Assembly (NCBI GenBank): GCA_037129475.1
Contig: JBAXUY010000004.1
Span: 2,111-66,110, forward strand
Length of the DNA stretch: 64,000 bases
Reading direction: 5' to 3'
DNA from: Planctomycetia bacterium
Lineage (GTDB): Bacteria > Planctomycetota > Planctomycetia > Pirellulales > UBA1268
Below the pieces are notes generated by a model. The model made no database searches. It saw nothing but the letters and a program-made list of their open reading frames with translations, and was not told where the DNA came from. The position numbers were made by a program, and so were the translations under genes. This document shows, piece by piece, positions 39,385 to 48,548 of the stretch (positions are counted from its first letter, which is position 1; each line of letters opens with the position of its first letter).

Positions 39385-40638
39385 ATGACCGACTCCATCA
39401 TCACGATCGAAAACCTTGGCAAGAGGTATCGCCTTCGGCACGAGGCGAAGGCGCCGTATCACACCCTGCGCGAGGCAGTCGCCGGCAAAGTGCAGCAACT
39501 GTTCGGTCTCCGGAAATCCGTCACCGAGGCCCCGACGCAGGAGGACTTTTGGGCGCTCCGTGATGTGAGCCTCGAAATTCAGCGGGGCGATGTTGTCGGT
39601 ATCATCGGCCGCAATGGCGCCGGCAAGTCAACGCTCCTGAAGATCCTTTCTCGAATCACCGAACCGACAACGGGCCGAGTCCGGCTCGGTGGCCGTGTGG
39701 CCAGCCTGCTTGAAGTCGGCACTGGCTTCCACCCTGAACTCACCGGTCGCGAAAACATCTACCTGAACGGCGCGATCCTGGGCATGACCAAGGCGGAAAT
39801 TCGAGCACAGTTTGACGAGATCGTAGCGTTCGCCGAGGTAGAACGATTTCTCGATACACCCGTAAAGCACTACTCCAGTGGCATGTATGTCCGCCTCGCG
39901 TTCGCAGTTGCAGCACACCTCGAACCGGAGATACTTATCGTCGACGAAGTGTTGGCTGTTGGCGATGCTCAGTTCCAGAAAAAATGCTTGGGCAAGATGC
40001 GGGCCGTCGCCGAGCACTCCGGCCGAACCGTACTGTTTGTGAGCCACAACATGGCCACAATCAGCAGCCTCACGAACCAGGTTCTCATGCTGCGTGCGGG
40101 AGGTGTTGACTATCAGGGAGACACAGCGGAAGGAATCCGCCGATATCTGGCCGTGCCAGGCACTATAAGGGGGCTTTACATAGCAGAAAGAGTCAATACC
40201 ACGAAGCCGTACGTTTCGCGGATAGCATTACAGCCAGAGGGCTCGAAATATGTGCACTTGAGCGGCAAGCCGCTTGACATCGTTTTCGAGGTGAGACACA
40301 CGACGCCGATCGTTGGTGGATGCTTGTCGTTCCAGATTGTCAACCAGTTTCAACAGCCCGTAATTCACTGTTCTATCCTCGCGCCTAATGAACCAAACAA
40401 GGATCTTTTCCGAAAAGCTGGAGCCACCGTACTCCGGTGCCGGATTCCGAGACTTGCTCTAAACGTAGGCACTTACACTCTTAAGACTTTCCTGTCCGAG
40501 CCTCCCGGAGGCACACTGTTCGAAACGCTCGAGGGCGTCTGTCCGTTCGATGTCGATATGGCCGAGCCTTCGACGTTGTGGGGTTGGCGCCCGGACGCGT
40601 GTTCGTACCACGAACGTTACGTCTGGGAGATAGTATGA
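39385..40638 (+). CDS. wzt: Polysaccharide ABC exporter ATPase with C-terminal glycan-binding-type extension (Wzt/TagH type)
   Basis: It has FWALRDVSLEIQRGDVVGIIGRNGAGKSTLLK, YSSGMYVRLAFA and ILIVDEVLAVGD, plus about 170 extra C-terminal residues. Confidence 0.9.
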   Translation: MTDSIITIENLGKRYRLRHEAKAPYHTLREAVAGKVQQLFGLRKSVTEAPTQEDFWALRDVSLEIQRGDVVGIIGRNGAGKSTLLKILSRITEPTTGRVRLGGRVASLLEVGTGFHPELTGRENIYLNGAILGMTKAEIRAQFDEIVAFAEVERFLDTPVKHYSSGMYVRLAFAVAAHLEPEILIVDEVLAVGDAQFQKKCLGKMRAVAEHSGRTVLFVSHNMATISSLTNQVLMLRAGGVDYQGDTAEGIRRYLAVPGTIRGLYIAERVNTTKPYVSRIALQPEGSKYVHLSGKPLDIVFEVRHTTPIVGGCLSFQIVNQFQQPVIHCSILAPNEPNKDLFRKAGATVLRCRIPRLALNVGTYTLKTFLSEPPGGTLFETLEGVCPFDVDMAEPSTLWGWRPDACSYHERYVWEIV

Positions 40639-40904
40639 ACTTTATCAGTGCAGAAGACCGCGCGACACTGCACGGCAACAAGCTAGTCAAAGCCGTGCAC
40701 GCGAGCTCAGTGCCTGGAATCGCCTTGCGCCTGATAACCAACTTTTTCTTCTGCCACATCGCACCGTTGAACCGGTCAGCTGACTGGCCCGACGCATCTC
40801 ACAAGGTCCTGGATGCGAGCAATCCAAGTCATCGGCTATACGTAGGCCTACGGTTAGTGGTAGCTCAGCGGCCTGAGTCGACTGCGAGCCAACGTCTATG
40901 TTGA
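40635..40904 (+). CDS. Questionable small ORF (89 aa) at the start of an AT-richer patch
   Basis: Its ATG forms an ATGA overlap with the wzt stop, but it has no recognisable motifs and odd composition. It may be a gene remnant. Confidence 0.3.
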   Translation: MNFISAEDRATLHGNKLVKAVHASSVPGIALRLITNFFFCHIAPLNRSADWPDASHKVLDASNPSHRLYVGLRLVVAQRPESTASQRLC

Positions 40905-41024
40905 ACTGAGGGTGGCGTATTCCCCAATATCGAATTGATATTTCCAGCGATTGCCGTCCACTTCATTAATAAATTCTTCGCATTGCCAGGCAGTGTCAAT
41001 TAGCTACAAGGCCATACAGCCATA

Positions 41025-41873
41025 ATGAAACTTTTCGGCGGTACATTATCTCGGCTGGTTCGGTGTCTCAAGCGATCACCCGATCGCTTCCGGGAGGTTC
41101 TGCGCACGTTGCCGGAGGTCGTTGCGGGCCGTGAATACGCAAGAGCTTATCGGGAAAACGGGATTCGGCCTAGCCGCGCTGAACCTGCGCTAGCAAACCC
41201 CTTGGAGAACTACTTCGACGCGCACCATATTGGGCCTGGAATCTGGAAGTGGCGGCATTACCTTGAGATCTATCATCGACACCTCGCCAAGTTTAGGGGG
41301 CGCGCCATCAACTGCGTGGAAGTGGGAGTCTTTAGCGGCGGCAGCTTGAGAATGTGGGAGTGGTACTTCGGCCCACAAGCGCACATTCATGGAGTTGATC
41401 TCGACGAAGGCACGCGGGCTTACCAGAACGCTCACGTGACTATTCATATCGGCGACCAGGAAGACCGGACGTTCTGGGCGCGTTTTCGGAACGCTGTGCC
41501 GTCGCTCGACATATTGTTGGACGACGGTGGCCACACGCCACAGCAGCAGCAGATCACCCTCGAGGAGATTCTTCCCCATCTACGTGCGGGCGGTGTGTAT
41601 ATCTGCGAAGATATACACAACGAGGGCAACGCGTTCACTGCCTACGTGTCTGGTTTGATCGACCAATTGCATGCCGCCACCTCGGGCGCACCTATTCAAA
41701 CAAACTCTTTTCAGGCATCCGTATTCTCAGTACACGTTTACCCCTTTGTCGTTGTGATTGAAAAACGCGACCGTCCGCTTCCATCCCTCACCGCCGAACG
41801 GCATGGCTCGGAGTGGCAGCCGCCCGTTGTCGTTCGCCAGGGCTATGGCAAAATCATGGGGCGCGGTGGCTAG
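41025..41873 (+). CDS. Class I SAM-dependent methyltransferase (CmcI / Methyltransf_24-like sugar O-methyltransferase)
   Basis: It has CVEVGVFSGGSLRMWEWYFG...IHGVDLD...LLDDGGHTPQQQ...GGVYICEDIH. Confidence 0.8.
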   Translation: MKLFGGTLSRLVRCLKRSPDRFREVLRTLPEVVAGREYARAYRENGIRPSRAEPALANPLENYFDAHHIGPGIWKWRHYLEIYHRHLAKFRGRAINCVEVGVFSGGSLRMWEWYFGPQAHIHGVDLDEGTRAYQNAHVTIHIGDQEDRTFWARFRNAVPSLDILLDDGGHTPQQQQITLEEILPHLRAGGVYICEDIHNEGNAFTAYVSGLIDQLHAATSGAPIQTNSFQASVFSVHVYPFVVVIEKRDRPLPSLTAERHGSEWQPPVVVRQGYGKIMGRGG

Positions 41874-41936
41874 AAGGGCGATGACTGGGTTGGATGCAGC
41901 AATTTCTGGGGCCAACAATATCGCCGCATCGCTAGG

Positions 41937-42830
41937 ATGTGCGAGCAGAAAGTGCAGCGATCCATGAACCCGCTGCTTCATAGCGGTCCCACACTGCCAC
42001 TACGTAGGTTTCTTCGGAAAGCGGAGTTGCATCTGCGCAGCTTATTAGGATCTGAGGCTGCGAGGCTAGAGCAGGAGTATGCACGGTTGCGCCGATTCGG
42101 AAGCGGCGAAGCGATGACGACGATACTCGGGCGGCCTCTCAGGCTGTCTCATGCAGCGTCCTTCGAGGGGATGCACCGTGACATTTTCATACGGGAGATC
42201 TACAGGTTCAGTGCCGTAGCTGAACGCCCGCGGATCCTCGACTGCGGCGCGAACGTGGGACTCGCGAGCATCTATCTAGCCCGGAGACACCCACAAGCAC
42301 GCATTACTGCGTTTGAGGCAGATCCACGGATCGCGGAGCTAACCCGGGAAAATCTGGACGCGTTCGGTCTTGAACGCGTCCAGTTGGTTGCCGCCGCTGT
42401 TGCCGACCACGACGGGACGGTGACGTTTTCCGCAACCGGCGACCTGGCGGGCCGCGTTGGGCACGATGCATCGCTTCAGCCGAAGCGCACATGCGTCGTG
42501 CCAGCGGTGCGGCTTGCTCCGTACCTGGAGGAATCGGTGGATTTTCTAAAAATCGACATCGAGGGGGCCGAGCATGATGTACTTGCGGGTGTAGTAGATC
42601 AGCTTTGCAACGTAAGGATGTTATTCGTCGAGCATCATGGATTCGCGGATGAAAGGCAGCGGCTTTCCGAGTTACTACAACTACTGTCGGGCGCAGGATT
42701 TCGTTACTACATTACCAGCGCCCACGATTTTCGTCGGTGCCCGATGGAAGACTCCGAGCTGAATTGTGGCATGGATTTGCAGTTGAACATCTTCTGTGTA
42801 CGGAAAGATGGATTGCCCACCAGCGGCTGA
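41937..42830 (+). CDS. FkbM-family methyltransferase
   Basis: It has ILDCGANVGLASIYLARRHPQARITAFEADP and DFLKIDIEGAEHDVL. An alternative ATG lies at 41964. Confidence 0.8.
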   Translation: MCEQKVQRSMNPLLHSGPTLPLRRFLRKAELHLRSLLGSEAARLEQEYARLRRFGSGEAMTTILGRPLRLSHAASFEGMHRDIFIREIYRFSAVAERPRILDCGANVGLASIYLARRHPQARITAFEADPRIAELTRENLDAFGLERVQLVAAAVADHDGTVTFSATGDLAGRVGHDASLQPKRTCVVPAVRLAPYLEESVDFLKIDIEGAEHDVLAGVVDQLCNVRMLFVEHHGFADERQRLSELLQLLSGAGFRYYITSAHDFRRCPMEDSELNCGMDLQLNIFCVRKDGLPTSG

Positions 42831-43185
42831 TTCACACACTCTCGCAGTTGAGACTCTATAGTCCCTGCCTAGAACCTATTCGAAGCAGGTTTTCGATCGA
42901 ATTGAGACACGTTGTCAGATTCGATAAAGGCTCTCTGCTACGGCCGGGCCTCCGAGCAAGCGGTGCCCACTAGGGTCGCGAAGCTTGCGAAAACGGCGAT
43001 TGCATGTCCTGCAAACAGAATCAAGCTACTCCGATGCATCCGCTGCCTTGCGCTGAAGCATTCGAGCGATTGTAGTTGTCGTTAACTTGTTGCCACTTTT
43101 GAGAGACTGCCGCACTTTCTTGATTGATTCGCAAAACTTGCCAAGAGTCTCGCCACACCTGACCGATTAGCAGGGAAATTGTCTC

Positions 43186-44082
43186 GTGCTTGAAATCGTG
43201 ACGACCGCCGATCGCAGTTTCCGACTACCGTTGGCAGTCATGTTTGCAAGTCTGACGCGAACCATGCGCGCCGATTCATTGCGGGTGACGGTGCTAACCG
43301 ACTCGCTTGAAGCGTCCGACGTCGTAGCGATTGCGGGCGACTTGGAAACCCAGTGCGTCCATGTACCACCAAATCTCGTCGCCGGCGCACATCTTCCAGG
43401 CTACCTAAAAGCGCCCACACTCTACCGCTTACTCCTGGGCGATCTCATGCCGGGTAACGTGGATCGGGTGATCTATGTCGATGCGGATACGATCATTCGG
43501 CGCGACATCACGGATCTTTGGGAGGAGAACCTCGCCGGCCACTCGACGGCGGCCGTCATGGATCCGGTGATTCCATGGGCAGCTTGTCCGGATGGGCTGC
43601 CTTGGCAAGAACTCTCGCTACCTCCCGATGCCGCTTATTTCAATGCGGGAATGATGGTGATCGACCTGGGCCGGTGGCGTCGGGAGCGGATCGGGCAAAA
43701 GGCGCTCGCCTTTCTGCGAACTCACCGTTTACCGCATGCCGATCAGGGCGGGCTTAATGCAGCGCTCTCCGGGCAATGGAAGCGACTCGAACCCTCGTGG
43801 AACCTGCAAGCCGGCCACCTACTTACTGCGCGCAGCCTCACTCACGTCGTCGAGACCCCCGAGGCCCTCGACGAAGCCCGAAGGACCCCCGCCATCGTGC
43901 ATTTCAATAACTCGCCATTTGGTCGCCCTTGGGAAGGCGGTTGCGTTCACCCCTTCAAGGACGAGTGGTTGTCCCGTGTCGATGAAACTCCATTATGCGG
44001 GTGGCGCCCGCCTGCCCACGCGCCCCGCGTGCCTTTCCTTGTCCGCTTGCGCCGCGCGGCGGCTCTTGTCATCAAGGGATGA
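43186..44082 (+). CDS. Glycosyltransferase family 8 (retaining, LPS galactosyl/glucosyltransferase-like)
   Basis: It has a GTG start, DxD in VIYVDADTIIRRDITDLW, YFNAGMMVIDL and LPHADQGGLNA. Confidence 0.85.
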   Translation: MLEIVTTADRSFRLPLAVMFASLTRTMRADSLRVTVLTDSLEASDVVAIAGDLETQCVHVPPNLVAGAHLPGYLKAPTLYRLLLGDLMPGNVDRVIYVDADTIIRRDITDLWEENLAGHSTAAVMDPVIPWAACPDGLPWQELSLPPDAAYFNAGMMVIDLGRWRRERIGQKALAFLRTHRLPHADQGGLNAALSGQWKRLEPSWNLQAGHLLTARSLTHVVETPEALDEARRTPAIVHFNNSPFGRPWEGGCVHPFKDEWLSRVDETPLCGWRPPAHAPRVPFLVRLRRAAALVIKG

Positions 44083-45278
44083 CGCAGAGCCCACGGGCGG
44101 CTTCGATGACATTTTCTTCCCACGACAAGCCGTCGGTCCTGATCGTCTGCGACCAATTCCCTCCGATGAAAGGCGGAATCGGGGATTACACGGTCCTGCT
44201 CGCCAATGCACTGATCGACCAGGGAGTCGAGGTGTCGCTTCTCGTCCCCGAGGGAAGCAGCCATGCCGGATGCCGTGCCCCGATCGCCGCAACCTACCCT
44301 GCTTGGTCGTGGTCCACCTTGCCCCACCTCCATCGCACCCTGATGGCGACGCGTGCCCAATGGATACACCTTCAGCACAACGGTGGCCTGTATGCAAACT
44401 GCCGACTGGCCGCCTATTTCCTCCCGATGTACCTCCACTGGAAGCGATGGCCGGGCCGGATTGCCGTGACATTCCACGACGTCAACCCGCCGCGATTGTT
44501 TCCAAAAGCCGGCCCCCTCAGAGACTGGGTGGTGAGCAACCTCGCCAAGCATGCGGATCTGGCGATCGCCGCAGACACCACGGATGTCGCCCGCTTGCGA
44601 GCACGCGGTGCGGTCGTGCACCAGATTCCCATCGGGAGCAACATTCCAATCTCCCGCGTGGGAAGCGAGTCTTCCCAGGCGATCCGTGCCCGCTACGGCA
44701 TTCCGGCCGATCACTTTCTTGTCGGTCATTTCGGCACCAGTCTCGGTTTGGATACGCTGTTCGAGGCCGTTGCGAACATGTCGGACACGACCCTGCTGCT
44801 CATCGGCAAGACTGAAGCCGTCGGCACCCCGGGGGCCATCGATCAACTGCCCCCCGCGCTCCGATCCCAGTTGACTGCTCTGGGCATCGGCCCACGTGTG
44901 CGCTGGACGTCACATCTCGCCGCCGAAGCCGTGGCCGATGCTCTCGCTGCCTGCGACATGATCGTATTGCCCTATCCCGGCGGTGCGTCTTTGCGACACG
45001 GCGGTCTCGTAGCGGCGATCAACCAAGGGCGGGCCGTCGTCACCACAACACCAAAGACGCCGCTCGTCGGCTTCGATACCGGCAACTCCCTCGTGATCGT
45101 GCCTCCGTGCGACGCTCCCGCGTTGCTCACAGCCATGAACGAGGTTCGGCTCGATCCGGCCAGGAATTTGCAACTGGAGCATGCGGCGACCACGGCGCGA
45201 GAGTCGTTTACCTGGGAGACGATCGCCCGTGAGCACGCGAGGCTTTACACCGCGTCCCGCCACGCGTCTCGATCATGA
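44079..45278 (+). CDS. Glycosyltransferase, GT4-like
   Basis: The ATG at 44079 (ATGA overlap) gives MTQSPRAASMTFSSHDKPSVLIVCDQFPPMKGGIGDYT... The track ORF start at 43995 lies inside the GT8 gene. Confidence 0.8.
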   Translation: MTQSPRAASMTFSSHDKPSVLIVCDQFPPMKGGIGDYTVLLANALIDQGVEVSLLVPEGSSHAGCRAPIAATYPAWSWSTLPHLHRTLMATRAQWIHLQHNGGLYANCRLAAYFLPMYLHWKRWPGRIAVTFHDVNPPRLFPKAGPLRDWVVSNLAKHADLAIAADTTDVARLRARGAVVHQIPIGSNIPISRVGSESSQAIRARYGIPADHFLVGHFGTSLGLDTLFEAVANMSDTTLLLIGKTEAVGTPGAIDQLPPALRSQLTALGIGPRVRWTSHLAAEAVADALAACDMIVLPYPGGASLRHGGLVAAINQGRAVVTTTPKTPLVGFDTGNSLVIVPPCDAPALLTAMNEVRLDPARNLQLEHAATTARESFTWETIAREHARLYTASRHASRS

Positions 45279-46408
45279 CACGCCTCCTCGCGATCGCTAC
45301 GGCCTTCGTCGTTCCCGAAAATCGAGTTGTGTTCAAGGCTCTTGCCGATGATTTCGGCTTCGATGTCACCTTGGTCAGTCCGAATACATGGATACAGCAT
45401 CGCTATGGCAGCGAGCAGCGGTTTACAGTCGAGCCGGAAGTCCGGCCAGGATATCGACTCGTGCCACTGCGGTTTACCGCAGGCAGATTCGACCGCTACC
45501 ACTCCCTGATGCCTGAACTTGTGCGGGCGCGCCCCCGGATCGTCGTGTGCGCCCAGGAATTCAATTCCTTCGCCGCCGTCCACTCGCTCATTCTCGCCCG
45601 CGTCGCCGCCTGCAACCCGCTCACCGTGAGTTGCAGTCTTCAAAATATCCCTTACGCACCGAGCCGTTTCCGCCATCGCCTCCGCGAATGGGCCGGGCTC
45701 ATGATGTCCGATGTCATCCTCGCCTCGTGCAATGACGCGGCCGCCTTGCTGAAAAGTCGTGGCTACCGCGGCAGGACGGAGATCCTCTATCCGCTCGGTG
45801 CCGCGAGCGTGAGCCCACCGCCGCCAGGCGAACCTCGAACCCGAGGCGCTCCATTCACGGTCGGGTTTGTCGGGCGAATCGCGGCTGAAAAGGGCGTATT
45901 CACGCTCGCAGAAGCATGTGCACAACTCGGCGGGGACGTGCGGCTGCTTCTCGTGGGAGATGGCCCGGATCGTTCACAACTCGAGAACCGTCTCGCGCAG
46001 CTTGGAATCGCGGGCCGTACGACCTTCGTCGGCCTGGTCAGCCGGGACAAGGTGCCTGAATACTATGCCCGCATGGATGCGCTCGCGATGCCGTCGCTCA
46101 GCACGCCGACGTGGAAGGAACAGTTCGGCGTCGTGCTCGCCGAAGCCATGCTCATGGGGTTGCCCATCGTGGGCTCGACCAGCGGGGCGATCCCCGAGGT
46201 GATCGGCGATGCCGGGCTCCTGTTCCCGGAGGGCGACGCCAAGGCCCTGGCTGAAAAACTCCGCACTCTCAAGGATGACCCGGATAACTGGCGGAATCTC
46301 TCCGTCCGCGCACGTGCCAGGGCCGAGACGTACTTCACGCCTCGTGCTATGGCGACTCAACTCGTCAACCTTTTTGCCGACCTGGGCGCCATCGGAGAGA
46401 AGGTATGA
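45275..46408 (+). CDS. Glycosyltransferase, GT4
   Basis: It has FVGRIAAEKGVFTLAEA and EQFGVVLAEAMLMGLPIVGSTSGAIPEVIGDAGLLFPEGD. Confidence 0.9.
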   Translation: MTRLLAIATAFVVPENRVVFKALADDFGFDVTLVSPNTWIQHRYGSEQRFTVEPEVRPGYRLVPLRFTAGRFDRYHSLMPELVRARPRIVVCAQEFNSFAAVHSLILARVAACNPLTVSCSLQNIPYAPSRFRHRLREWAGLMMSDVILASCNDAAALLKSRGYRGRTEILYPLGAASVSPPPPGEPRTRGAPFTVGFVGRIAAEKGVFTLAEACAQLGGDVRLLLVGDGPDRSQLENRLAQLGIAGRTTFVGLVSRDKVPEYYARMDALAMPSLSTPTWKEQFGVVLAEAMLMGLPIVGSTSGAIPEVIGDAGLLFPEGDAKALAEKLRTLKDDPDNWRNLSVRARARAETYFTPRAMATQLVNLFADLGAIGEKV

Positions 46409-47415
46409 ACTCCGCGGAATCGGGTTCGACCGACTCCGGGTGTCTGCCCGCGCCGTACCGGATCCTGCCCCACGAACTCCCGTTCCGGATTCCCGGTTTC
46501 CTCAAGCAGGCCCGCCCGTCGGACCGGGTGCTTGCCCCCGTCGCCTGCGATTGCGAGACCTGGTTTGATTCCTTCGCGAGTCACGTGGCTTCGAGCGTTG
46601 GTCGTCGATTCCTGCCCGTCTGCAGAATGAGCGATGGGGAGTTTTTCTTCCTCTTTGGCCGTCAACCTCCGAGCCTACGGCTTTCGGCCGCCGCACGTTT
46701 TCGCCGGCGGATTCGGCAGGCACTCGGCTCGTTGAGGGGTATGGCGAGGGGATTCCATGCATCGACTGCAGCCAGTGTGTCGTCGGGCGACTTTAGCGCA
46801 GCGGAATGGCGACGGTATCGCCCGCTGCTCTCCCAGGATTATCTGGCGGTACTCGAGGCCGGCGTTCTCGGCATCCACCTCTCGTATGGCAAGTCAGCCT
46901 TTCAGGAGCACTATTTTCCAGCAATCGCCCGCTGGCTCGCGCAGGCTGATCGGCGATTAACCCTCGCCAATTACGTGCCGTTCTACTTCGTTTATGCGCT
47001 GCTGCGCGGGCCGCGGTTTCGCGAAATCATCGCAAACAGGCGACTGTTGGTCGTGCATTCTGCAACCGGCGTCAAACGCGACTCGATCATCGCAGCGCTT
47101 CGCCAGCATGGCGCACGATCTGTCTCATGGCTTGCCATATCATCGAATCGTTCCTTCGCCGACACGCTCGATCTCTCGTCGGTCACCGACGCTCCGGATG
47201 CTTGCTTGGTCGGCGCCGGAATCGGCAAATCGCGAGTCATCCGCCAACTGGAGCCCCTCGGCGTGCCGTGCATCGACGCCGGCTATGCATTCGAGGTGTG
47301 GGCCGATCCCGACAAGCAGTGGGATCGACCATACATGACACCGGACGAAGTCTTCGACGCAACAAAAGTGCGTTTCCTGTCGCCCGATGACCGTGCCATG
47401 CTCGGACGCACATGA
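46405..47415 (+). CDS. Hypothetical protein inside the GT run (possibly GT-D/DUF1792-like)
   Basis: It is ATGA-coupled on both sides. RMSDGEFFFLFG and LVGAGIGKSRVIRQLEPLGVPCIDAGYAFE loosely resemble GT-D signatures, but this is not a secure call. Confidence 0.65.
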   Translation: MNSAESGSTDSGCLPAPYRILPHELPFRIPGFLKQARPSDRVLAPVACDCETWFDSFASHVASSVGRRFLPVCRMSDGEFFFLFGRQPPSLRLSAAARFRRRIRQALGSLRGMARGFHASTAASVSSGDFSAAEWRRYRPLLSQDYLAVLEAGVLGIHLSYGKSAFQEHYFPAIARWLAQADRRLTLANYVPFYFVYALLRGPRFREIIANRRLLVVHSATGVKRDSIIAALRQHGARSVSWLAISSNRSFADTLDLSSVTDAPDACLVGAGIGKSRVIRQLEPLGVPCIDAGYAFEVWADPDKQWDRPYMTPDEVFDATKVRFLSPDDRAMLGRT

Positions 47416-48548
47416 TGCCTTCAGCATGTATGCCGCGTCGCTACGTGTTTTGGCAGCCGATTCCTTCGATGCATCAGATGCCTTTCTTGGAGGCCTTGCG
47501 TCAGACGGTCGACAGCGAAGTGATTTGCGTTCATGCGGAAGACGTGCCGGCGGATCGAATCGCGCTGGGCTGGTCAATACCGTCGGCAGTCGGTGTGAAG
47601 GTGATGCAGCCACGGGAGGCAGAATCGTCCCGCCTCCTGGCGGCAGACGGCGGCGATACGTTTCACCTGTTTTCCGGCATCCACTGCCATCCTTTCGTGT
47701 CGGCGATGTTTCGGAAGGCGATGCAGCTCAGGCTGGCGACGGGCGTGATTTCTGAGGCGCACGATGGACGCGGGATTCGCGGGTTCGCCCGGCGCATGAG
47801 ATCCCGCATCGATGCGATCCGCTATGCGTCGCGCATCCAAGTGATACTTGCGATGGGAAGCCTCGGTGTCGACTGGTATCGCACGGCTGGCTTCAGGCCC
47901 GAGACGATCTTCCCCTTCGCGTACGTTGGAAGCCCACAGGTGTTGTCGCCGCAAGCTGCGACAACCGGCGACCGGCCGTTCTCGTTGGCGTTCGTGGGCC
48001 AATTGATCCCTCGCAAGGGAATCGACCTTCTGTTCCGTGCCCTTGCCACACTGGGTGAACTGCCGTGGAGGCTTGAGATTGCAGGGACGGGTCCGCTCGA
48101 ACCCATGCTCCGCGACATGGCGACGGCCGAGGGCATATCAGATCGCATCACCTGGCATGGCTCTCTTCCGAATCAGGCGGTGGGGGCGATGCTTGCATCG
48201 TGTGATCTGCTCGTTCTTCCCAGCCGCTTCGACGGGTGGGGAGTCGTTGTCAACGAGGCCCTCTCGGCCGGAACGCCCGTCGTCTGTTCCGATGCCTGTG
48301 GTGCCGCAGACCTGCTCGCCACTCCGCAACTCGGACGAACCTTTCGGGCCGCAAGCGTGCAGTCGCTCGGGCTCGTCATACGCCAGCAGTTGGCCCAAGG
48401 CCGTCCGACCGGAACCACCCGCGAACTCATTCGCGATCGAGCTGCAGCGTGTTCCCCAGGCAGTGTCGCCGGATATTTCGTGAAAATCACCCAGGCGGTG
48501 CGAACGCACACGGATCCACCGCCCCCGCCCTGGCGATTTGCAGTATGA
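47412..48548 (+). CDS. Glycosyltransferase, GT4
   Basis: It has FVGQLIPRKGIDLLFRALA and DGWGVVVNEALSAGTPVVCSDACGAADLL. Confidence 0.85.
   Translation: MMPSACMPRRYVFWQPIPSMHQMPFLEALRQTVDSEVICVHAEDVPADRIALGWSIPSAVGVKVMQPREAESSRLLAADGGDTFHLFSGIHCHPFVSAMFRKAMQLRLATGVISEAHDGRGIRGFARRMRSRIDAIRYASRIQVILAMGSLGVDWYRTAGFRPETIFPFAYVGSPQVLSPQAATTGDRPFSLAFVGQLIPRKGIDLLFRALATLGELPWRLEIAGTGPLEPMLRDMATAEGISDRITWHGSLPNQAVGAMLASCDLLVLPSRFDGWGVVVNEALSAGTPVVCSDACGAADLLATPQLGRTFRAASVQSLGLVIRQQLAQGRPTGTTRELIRDRAAACSPGSVAGYFVKITQAVRTHTDPPPPPWRFAV

Noticed and set aside
42960-43150. Short minus-strand frame ending ...TIARMLQRKAADASE-stop, which might be the tail of an HTH/transposase-like gene.
   Set aside because: It has no start codon, spans fewer than 50 codons and has no diagnostic motif. 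It is mentioned only as a possible remnant within the AT-rich patch.
35476-44846. Antisense or out-of-frame ORFs inside the GT block (35476..36306 -, 36502..37290 -, 43736..44815 +, 43947..44846 -, 48236..48544 part of the 48236..49690 ORF).
   Set aside because: They show shadow composition. The coupled ATGA starts give products with complete GT or dehydrogenase domains, which makes the extensions or antisense frames unnecessary.
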